A stretch of 27,546 bases of DNA, taken from assembly GCA_030141605.1 (NCBI GenBank), contig JAQGDQ010001731.1, positions 1-27,546 of the forward strand, written 5' to 3'. The notes beneath the pieces were generated by a model. The model was not told where the DNA came from. It saw only the letters and a list, made by a program, of their open reading frames with translations, and did no database searches. The DNA is from Tubiluchus corallicola. Lineage: Eukaryota > Animalia > Priapulida. This document shows, piece after piece, positions 13,585 through 23,900 of the stretch; positions within the stretch are counted from its first letter, which is position 1; each line of letters begins with the position of its first letter. The position numbers were made by a program, and so were the translations under genes.

Positions 13585-14961
13585 CTTTATTTAAAGTCGG
13601 CTTTTCGGTCAACAATTAACATTAGCTCAAAGAGCTATTATCGCCGACTGTAAATAACAACCTACAACTACATAACAGAGACTATTATTACCCCACTTTT
13701 ACCCTAAATACCACGCGTCAGGCAGGGCAACAGCAGGTACCATTTTTAAAGTCTTCGGTATGACCTGGGCCGCTGGTTCGAACTCACGACCTCCCAGACG
13801 GAAAGCAGATGCATTACCACTAGAATAAACCGTCTGGTCTGATCTAAAATTGGAAGTGTTGAAACTAGTTGACAGATAGAAAAGCTTTGACCCATCATGA
13901 TCGCTGAAGAACACGGGTGTTGAGCAGTTATGGTGTCTGCCTTATAAGCAGAAGATCCCCGGTTCAAATCCATGGTTGTAGTTCAAAATTTTCATACTTC
14001 GTTTTTCTAAGATTTTTTCTTCGAAATTCGGTTAAATGCGGGTGCCTTACCATCATTAACGCAATAATCTTGATATATAGATTATAAATGATTAAAAAAT
14101 TAAATAAGTGTAGGTTAATCTGTTTAGACCCTTAAAGCACAAGAAAACCCTTCATAAACATAAAGCTTATAAAAAATTCGTCTTGAAATTTTATATCACT
14201 TACGTACTGCCTTTTTGCATGCAGGACTTCAATCAGCAGTCACGCTGTATAAAACATGTAGATTTAAACTCCAGCGATGACCGTTAGACGCAGCCATTTT
14301 AATGGTAGGTCGTTTGAAACAAATTTAGATAATATTGTGTAAAGTTTAAAAAAATAATCAAAGCATCCGTAGTGCACAAGTCACCAACTAAATAAAATTT
14401 AAAATTACTATATCATGTTGATAAGATTAAAAATACGTTTTTAGTTAGCGAGTGGCTCACCCTGGAGGTGAAACAGCGACATTTTACCAATAGGCGAAAA
14501 CAATTAAAATTATTATTTCTCGTTACGAAAGTCTTTCTAGCAGGTAAGCGAAACGCTAAGTCATAGATTTGCATAGAAAGTTTTTTGGGACATAATTTAA
14601 CATTTCCTTTTCTTCCCCTGATTTACATTGTGCGTAGTGACATCATGTAATGGCGCCGTTGAAACAGTGTCCCTTGAAAGTTTAAAATGAAAACAAACAA
14701 AAAATCCTTTCAACGCGAGTACAATATGTGCATAAAATTGCTGTAAAGTAGTATAATTTTTTAAGGCACTTCTGAAACCCACTTCAGGTACCCCTTTTCT
14801 TGTCCTTTAACATATTTTAAGACGATTACTCTCAATATAAAATAAAATAGGAAGAGTGACTCATGTTAAACTGTTAAAGTAATTATTGCAGTAACAGTAA
14901 TTTTCTACTACGATGTAATTGTTGAATTTCAAATTAATATTATTAGTGTAGTTATTCTAAT

Positions 14962-14997
<36 letters not shown>

Positions 14998-17900
14998 TTC
15001 TAGACATTCTGTGTCAGATAAAGAACAATTCACATCAAAGCTTTCAGCCGAAAGATGGTGATTTCGTTAGTTCATCATTCACAGCCTTTCTTCAAGAATA
15101 TTTTTGCAAACTGCAGACTTTGAATTGCAGTCTAAACATTTGCCGTAGCAAGTTCAAAACGTGCCCCGCTAACGACGCACATAGACATTGTTAAAGAACC
15201 AGGAGAAAAGTTAAGACTTCTACGAATTCATCGTATATATTAATTTTGCTGGTATATATATATATCGTCATAGGCGTATTTAGAATTAGCGAGAGGGCCA
15301 CGGCGTCCCGTAATGCACATTCTCACGGACCAAACTCCAGTTTTTTTTCGAAATTTTGACCAAACAGCATGCCGAAAAAACGTTGTAGCGGCGCCTAGTG
15401 GGACTCTCAGACAGAGATATATAGCTCTTTAGAAAGAGGAAGAACAGGGCTATACGACGATGTGGGCTATATTTTAGGACACATCCACCAAAAGGAGTAC
15501 CGACGAGTTAATTAGATGTTCTATTTTTGACAATTTTCGCTTGGAAAACTGCTGATGCAAAGCCATTGTTCTGACGTCATTCATTATACTCTGTCTATAA
15601 CTTTAATTCAGTAAAAGCTGCTACCGGCTTTGTGTTAGGAAAATAAACGAACACTAGGGAGGATGTTCGCGCATTGTTGAATATAAGTGGATTTATAAAT
15701 GAAGTTTTTTGCGGGGCCTTTGCTAGTAATAAATGAATGTTTAATTAGTAGAAAGGCAAGCTCACCGTCTTCAGCACGAATGGAGTCAATCGTGTGCTCC
15801 AATGTAGGAGCTACCCAAGAGTACAGCTGATACGGGGTGGCAACTCTCTCAAACGGATGCCTCTGTACTCTGAAATGGCATACAATACATTCTACATGAA
15901 CATTTAAGTACCGTAAAGGGCAAGAGAGGCAAATACACCATCGGCTGCTATTAGATTAAAAATATTATGTGTGTGCTTGCATAGCAAAATCGTCCGTTAG
16001 TCGGCAATTAAGCTCTTCTAGTTATTCACATATCCTGAATCTCCATTTCATGAGCATCATTTTGATACCAAGTTCATCACTCTATGTTATTTCTACGCTG
16101 AGATAATCCACGTTGAAGTTGAGGTGCAGTCTACACACTGAAAAACGTAATCTTCAGAAAATCACTGTTAAAGTCAGCCATTGTTTTTTGTCGCGTTTCT
16201 ATAAAACACTTAGCAACCGGACAAATGTTGGTCTAAGGACTTTGCAAGAACACACTGCAGTTATGCTTAAATCCGGTAGATAAATCTGGGCTTTGCAAGA
16301 TAAAAAACCCAAAGCAAAATGACTGATTCGACGAGCTACTATCAGAGTTTGAAAATACAATTTTTTTTACAGCTGCAGTACTAGTTTCTAGCCTGAGAAG
16401 TGTGTAGGTGGTTAAAAAATTAAATTCTCAGTATTTTTCGAACATTTTCTTGATAATTTGATGCTAGAATACAAAATTCCAATATATTTGGCATTTGTTT
16501 TTATAAAAAAATGAAAAATAGGTATTTGACCCAATTTTTGGTGCCTTGAAATATTATAATGCAGTTTTAACAATGCCAACTTATTGACATTTTTGTTTGC
16601 AAGCGGTCATATTATTCATACACAAACGTGATAGTAACATATCAAATGGCAATGAATGTCATTGAATGGCCATTCTGTTCTAAACAGACCGCTGGCTCAT
16701 AGTTGATAGCATTTTGAATTGGCAGACGTTGCACTCGCAGAGTTAGCTGAAATGACTAGGAGTAAAGAGGACCTGTTAAACTATGTTAAAAGCGTTATGA
16801 TAGATAATTATGCTGATGAATGCTGGCATGAAGCCCAGTTAAGGTGTGGTGTCACGTGATCAAGTGATTCAGAACCGAAGCGTCGGTGCACGAGGTATAA
16901 GCCTTGTGATGCACCCAGCTCAGGGGATTGAGTCTGGGAGCTGAAGGAGAGCAGGCTAGATCAGGAGCTTGGCATTACTATCTGCCATATTTATTGTGTT
17001 TGATGTTCAATAAACGTGTAGTTTTATAATCTGACTCTTCATAGTTTTGCCATCCCTAAAAACACCAATAATCAGCTTCACACAACCAACACAATGAATT
17101 ATTTTACTCTATGTACTTAAACGCTAAATATTTTTACTCTAGCAATGCCACTGTGTCAGTCATAATCAAAAAACATCAACAAATTCAGATCCGAAAGATG
17201 GTAATTTGAAAGTTCATCATTCACAGCAGCACGATCGAGCCACAGAAAAATCCAAAAACGTATTTTGCAATAATAGTGAATCCGAGCTCCGCCACGTACC
17301 TCTTCTTTTGAAGAACGGCAAAGTTTCGTTTAAAAGCCGGACTGATCTGACAGAGGAGGTCAATCAGCGAATGTGACAAGTGCTTCTGCTGGGCGGCTTT
17401 GGGATTAAAAACATCTTCGGTTGTTCTGTAAAAATAATGATTTATAAGTATCAATACCAGGTTAACACTGTACTGCGTTCGAGGTCCACGTGCTCTCTGT
17501 TGCGACTCTTTAAACACCTGTAAATCAAAATCAGAATTTTTGCAAACAAATTTCACAAGTAACCTCTGAGAAAGGTTGATTTTTGGAACTGTAGCGGCAC
17601 AGTACAACCACGAAGAAAAAACTAAAGCACTCTCAATAAATGAGAGGAACATCTAAACTTTGTGGTAAAAACAGCAAAATAATTCACAGCACTAGATATA
17701 ATGGATAAAAGTCATGGTTAGTGTAACTTGAAAGTATTACTTACTGCTACGTACAACGCTTTGAAATCAGTTCTATATGTAGTGCTATGATTAGTATAAA
17801 CAGCACTGAGCCCCTTATTCCATTTGTAGCAAGTACACAGCCGTGTTTAGCTCCCTTATTCTATTTGTAGTAAGTACACAGCTGTGTTTAGCTCCCTTAT

Positions 17901-20900
17901 TCCATTTGTAGTAAGCACACAGCTGCGTTTAGCTCCCTTATTCTATTTGTAGTAAGTACACAGCTGTGTGTAGCTCCCTTATTCCATTTGTAACAAGTAC
18001 ACAGCAGTAAGCACACAGCTGTGTTTAGCTCCCTTATTCCATTTGTAGCAAGCACACAGCTGTGTTTAGCTCCCTTATTCCATTTGTAGCAAGCACACAG
18101 CTGTGTTTAGCTCCCTTATTCCATTTGTAGTAAGTACACAGCTGTGTTTAGCTCCCTTATTCTATTTGTAGTAAGCACACAGCTGTGTTTAGCTCCCTTA
18201 TTCGATTTGTAGTAAGTACACAGCTGTATTTAGCTCCCTTATTCCATTTGCAGCAAGTACACAGCTGTGTTTAGCTCCCTTATTCCATTTGTAGTAAGTA
18301 CGTAGCTGTGTTTAGCTCCCTTATTCTATTTGCAGCAAGTACACAGCTGTGTGTAGCTCCCTTATTCCATTTGTAGTAAGTACATAGCTGTGTTTAGCTC
18401 CCTTATTCCATTTGTAGTAAGTACACAGCTGTGTTTAGCGCCCTTATTCTATTTGTAGCAAGCACACAGCTGTGTTTAGCTCCCTTATTCCATTTGTAGT
18501 AAGTACACAGCTGTGTTTAGCCCCCTTATTCCATTTGTAGTAAGTACACAGCTGTGTTTAGCTCCCTTATTCTATTTGTAGTAAGCACACAGCTGTGTTT
18601 AGCTCCCTTATTCTATTTGTAGTAAGCACACAGCTGTGTTTAGCCCTCTTATTCTATTTGTAGTAAGTGCACAGCTGTGTTTAGCTCCCTTATTCTATTT
18701 GTAACAAGTACACAGCTGTGTTTAGCTCCCTTATTCTATTTGTAGTAAGCACACAGCTGTGTTTAGCTCCCTTATTCCATTTGCAGCAAGTACACAGCTG
18801 TGTTTAGCTCCCTTATTCTATTTGTAGTAAACACACAGCTGTGTTTAGCTCCCTTATTCTATTTGTAGCAAATACACAGCTGTGTTTAACTCCCTTATTC
18901 TATTTGCAGCAAGTACACAGCTGTGTTTAGCTCCCTCATTCTACTTGTAGCAAGTACACAGCTGTGTTTAGCTCCATTATTCTATTTGTAGCAAGTACAC
19001 AGCTGTATTTAGCTCCATTATTCTATTTGTAGCAAGTACACAGCTGTGCTTAGGTCCCTTATTCTATTTATAGTAAGTACACAGCTGTGTTTAGCTAAGT
19101 TTTTAAAGCACAACCAAACCTTCCACTTACATAAAGCTTAAAAAATTCGTCTCGAAATTTCACACCAGTTACATACTGCCTTTTTGCATATTAGTCTAGC
19201 GTCGGCAGTAACGTTGTATAAAACACAGCCATTTTGACAATAAGTCATTTGAAACAAGTTTAGATAACACTGACTAAAGTTTGAAAAAAAAATCAAAGCA
19301 TTTATAGTGCACACTTCACTAAGTAAGTAAAATTTTAAATGCTTGTATCTTGTCAATAAGATTAAAAATACGTTTTTCGTTACTGAGTGCTGCACCCTGG
19401 AGGGTGAGTCAACGACATTTTACTGATTGATGAAAATATTTTAAATTGTTAATAATTCTAGCTACGTAAGCCTTTCCAGCAGGTAAGCAAAATGCTAAGT
19501 AATATAGATTTTGCATGGATGGTTTTTTAGGATATAATTTAACATTTACTTTTTCTTCCCTAGAGTTTCGTTTCCCTAGGTGACGTCATGTAATGGCGAC
19601 TTCAGAACAGTATTGCGGGAAATTTAAAATGAAAACAAACTCAAATTCCTTTCAGTGCGAGTAAGATATATGCATAAAATTGCTGTAAAGTAGTATAATT
19701 TTTTAAGGCGATTCTTCTGAAACTTACTTCAGGTGCCCCTTTTCTTGTCCTTTAACATATTTTAAGACGATTACTCTCAATATAAAATATAGGAACAGTG
19801 ACTCATGTTAAACTGTTAAAGTAATTATTGCAGTACAGTGGCCGCCGCTTATTGTGGACACGTCGGGCCAGCAGTGTATGTCCATATTAAGCGGCTGTCC
19901 ATATTAAGCGAAGTGACCCATGAAGACCCTTCCCCTTCATTAAAAAAGGCAAAAAACTGTCTGTATCAACTCGTCTCCTGTTTTATTAAAAAAAAGAAGT
20001 CAGACGAGTTTGTTTGGCAGGAAACTTTTCTCTCAACCTTGAGCGGAAGGAAGTTATCACAGTTTCGAAGCTCTCAAGGCCACGGCAAACGGCGAACTGA
20101 CTGATGCAATGACTCACACAGGCAGCAGAGCGGGAAGCTCTTTTCAATCACGCGCGCAGGCCGTGGTTGGCACGGCTGGTTCACGTGCCAAGAATGTTCG
20201 CTGTCCATATTAAGCGGCGGTTGTCCATATTAACCGGCGGATTTTATTAGGGGAAAATTCCGTCCCTCGCGAGTTGTCCACAATAACCGGCTGTCCACAA
20301 TAACCGTGTCCATAATAAGCGGCGGCCACTGTAACAGTAATTTTCTATTATGATGTAATTGTTGAATTGCAAATTAATATTATTAGTGTATTTATTTTAA
20401 TTCTGATATATAGATATTTTTATTTCTAGACATCTCTATTCTGTGTCAGATAAAGAAAAATTCACATCAAAGCTTTCAGCCGAAAGATGGTGATTTCATA
20501 AGTTCATCATTCACAGCCTTTGTCATTTGTTCATCATTCACAGCCTTTCTGTGATATACGCATAAAATTGCTATAAAGTAATATAATTTTTTAAAGCGAT
20601 TTTTCTGAAACCTACTTCAGGTACATCCCTTTTCTTGTCCTTTAAGTGAGCATTACAAGCAATACAAATGATTGTGCTCAGGAACTGGGGCAATTACAAT
20701 TGCAGATGTATCTAAATGTTTTTAATTTGTTAGAAACACAGATACGCAGCAGTCAAGTTAACACAGTAGTTGAGTAAAGTAATCCATAAGCATTTCGTAT
20801 CTAACACAAAGCTTAAAAATCATTTTTCCAATTCTCCTTTAAAGGAAGACCGGACGATTGTTTACACTCAATCTCATTTTAATTTACTGTCCAGAATATA

Positions 20901-23900
20901 CATTTTCTTGTCTATAAAAGTTAACAATTGTTACTTATATTTGAATAATTAGCTTAGAAAATTAATTAACGGCAACCGAACACAGTTATTGCTTACGTCA
21001 GAAACTAACCACAGTTTGTCCAATGGCAGGCATCTTGCCATGCGCGCCAAGCATGTTTGCATAAATGTTACAGTTTAAATGCGTGATGTTCACGAAAATG
21101 GGCTCTGCGTCACATGACGTCAGAAACTAACACAGCAGTTCATGATCATGCTTATCACGGTACCGCCTTCTATTTGTCGGCCACACAAATGTGACAAAAA
21201 GGCGCCGTTGCCAATCTTAGTAGATTCTCTGAGCCGCGCGTAGCTTTGAAAGTTTAAGTATCCGTGGTAATTATTATTTAATCTAAGCTTTGATTTAAAA
21301 AAAGCTATTGTAGTTTTCAATATTTTAGAGCATTCTTTATTCTGAACTCATGTTTACACAATCGTCCGGTTTTCCTTTAACAAATAGTTACCCATGAGTT
21401 AATGCGTCACGAAAAAGAAAAGATTCGAGTGAAATTTTGAAACTTACTGATTCACATAAAAGCCTTTGGTTGAAGCAGTGATGTGATATCTTTTGTCTTC
21501 TAATGTGATTACATACAGATATAACAAATCACCTGTAAAACAAAGAATGTGCATACAGCATTCGTGGCATTGTAGGCTTAACTGATTCATATATCTAGTG
21601 TAGATCTGAGTTTGACAATTGCCAACAGATGTACAGTTTTTCACAATGCCGAGTTTGACAATTGCCAACAGATGTACAGTTTTTCACAATGCTGAGTTTG
21701 ACAATTGGCAATGGATGTACAGTTTTTCACAATGCTGAGTTTGACAATTGCCAATAGATGTACAGTTTTTCACAATGCTGAGTTTGACAATTGCCAATAG
21801 ATGTACAGTTTTTCACAATGCTGAGTTTGACAATTGCCAATAGATGTACAGTTTTTCACAATGCTGAGTTTGACAATTGCCAATAGATGTACAGTTTTTG
21901 ACAATGTTGAGTTTGACAATTGGCAATGGATGTACAGTTTTTGACAATGTTGAGTTTGACAATTGCCAATAGATGTACAGTTTTTCACAATGCTGAGTTT
22001 GACAATTGGCAATGGATGTACAGTTTTTCACAATGTTGAGTTTGACAATTGCCAATAGATGTACAGTTTTTCACAATGCTGAGTTTGACAATTGGCAATG
22101 GATGTACAGTTTTTGACAATGTTGAGTTTGACAATTGCCAATAGATGTACAGTTTTTCACAATGCTGAGTTTGACAATTGCCAATAGATGTACAGTTTTT
22201 CACAATGCTGAGTTTGACAATTGCCAATAGATGTACAGTTTTTCACAATGCTGAGTTTGACAATTGCCAGCAGATGTACAGTTTTTCACAATGCTGAGTT
22301 TGACAATTGGCAATGGATGTACAGTTTTTCACAATGCTGAGTTTGACAATTGCCAACAGATGTACAGTTTTTCACAATGCTGAGTTTGACAATTGCCAAT
22401 AGATGTACAGTTTTTGACAATGTTGAGTTTGACAATTGGCAATGGATGTACAGTTTTTCACAATGCTGAGTTTGACAATTGGCAATGGATGTACAGTTTT
22501 CCACAATGCTGAGTTTGACAATTGCCAGCAGATGTACAGTTTTTCACAATGCTGAGTTTGACAATTGCCAATGGATGTACAGTTTTTCACAATGCTGAGT
22601 TTGACAATTGCCAGCAGATGTACAGTTTTTCACAATGCTGAGTTTGACAATTGCCAGCAGATGTATAGTTTTTCACAATGTTGAGTTTGACAATTGGCAA
22701 TGGATGTACAGTTTTTCACAATGCTGAGTTTGACAATTGCCAATAGATGTACAGTTTTTGACAATGTTGAGTTTGACAATTGGCAATGGATGTACAGTTT
22801 TTGACAATGTTGAGTTTGACAATTGCCAATAGATGTACAGTTTTTCACAATGCTGAGTTTGACAATTGGCAATGGATGTACAGTTTTTGACAATGTTGAG
22901 TTTGACAATTGGCAATGGATGTACAGTTTTTCACAATGTTGAGTTTGACAATTGCCAATAGATGTACAGTTTTTCACAATGCTGAGTTTGACAATTGGCA
23001 ATGGATGTACAGTTTTTGACAATGTTGAGTTTGACAATTGCCAATAGATGTACAGTTTTTGACAATGTTGAGTTTGACAATTGGCAATGGATGTACAGTT
23101 TTTGACAATGCTGAGTTTGACAATTGCCAATAGATGTACAGTTTTTCACAATGCTGAGTTTGACAATTGGCAATGGATGTACAGTTTTTCACAATGCTGA
23201 GTTTGACAATTGGCAATGGATGTACAGTTTTTCACAATGTTGAGTTTGACAATTGCCAATAGATGTACAGTTTTTCACAATGCTGAGTTTGACAATTGGC
23301 AATGGATGTACAGTTTTTGACAATGTTGAGTTTGACAATTGGCAATGGATGTACAGTTTTTGACAATGTTGAGTTTGACAATTGGCAATGGATGTACAGT
23401 TTTTGACAATGTTGAGTTTGACAATTGGCAATGGATGTACAGTTTTTGACAATGCTGAGTTTGACAATTGCCAGTAGATGTACAGTTTTTCACAAATGTG
23501 TCATGTCCCATGCATGCGCCATGTTTTAGAAATTATCGTGAGCCAAACAGACCACTTTGCTTTACCCACATGTCACGTGACGGTTGTAATTAAGATGTGT
23601 TGCGGTGATACACTTAACCTTTGACTTACGGGTATTACACGTGCGCACAAAGAAATTGCAAGAAGGCTTATTGCAGTACTAGCACAAGCTAACATTCAGA
23701 CAAAAAAGAAAAAATGTTGAGAGTTTGTTACGAGACGAACCAGACACAAGGTGGTACCCCCCCCCCCCCGGCAGGCTGTTGCTGTGTCTAATCACCCCTC
23801 CCCCTCCCCCTGGCAGGCTGTTGCTGTGTCAGATCAGACAAACGAATCAGCACCGAATATTTCAGTCCCGAAAGATGGTAAATTTTGTAGATATCATCAT

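Noticed and set aside
16774-17092. Possible solo LTR (TG start, TATA-like motif, AATAAA, CA end)
   Set aside because: I found no matching TSD, PBS, PPT or second copy.
20521-20550. Extra box C motif next to snoRNA copy 4
   Set aside because: It is only a ~22-nt re-copy of the 5' end, with no guide or box D of its own; treated as a junction scar.
21770-23511. Many overlapping Cys-containing ORFs
   Set aside because: They are translations of the 43-bp repeat; the unit is not a multiple of 3 and stops recur.
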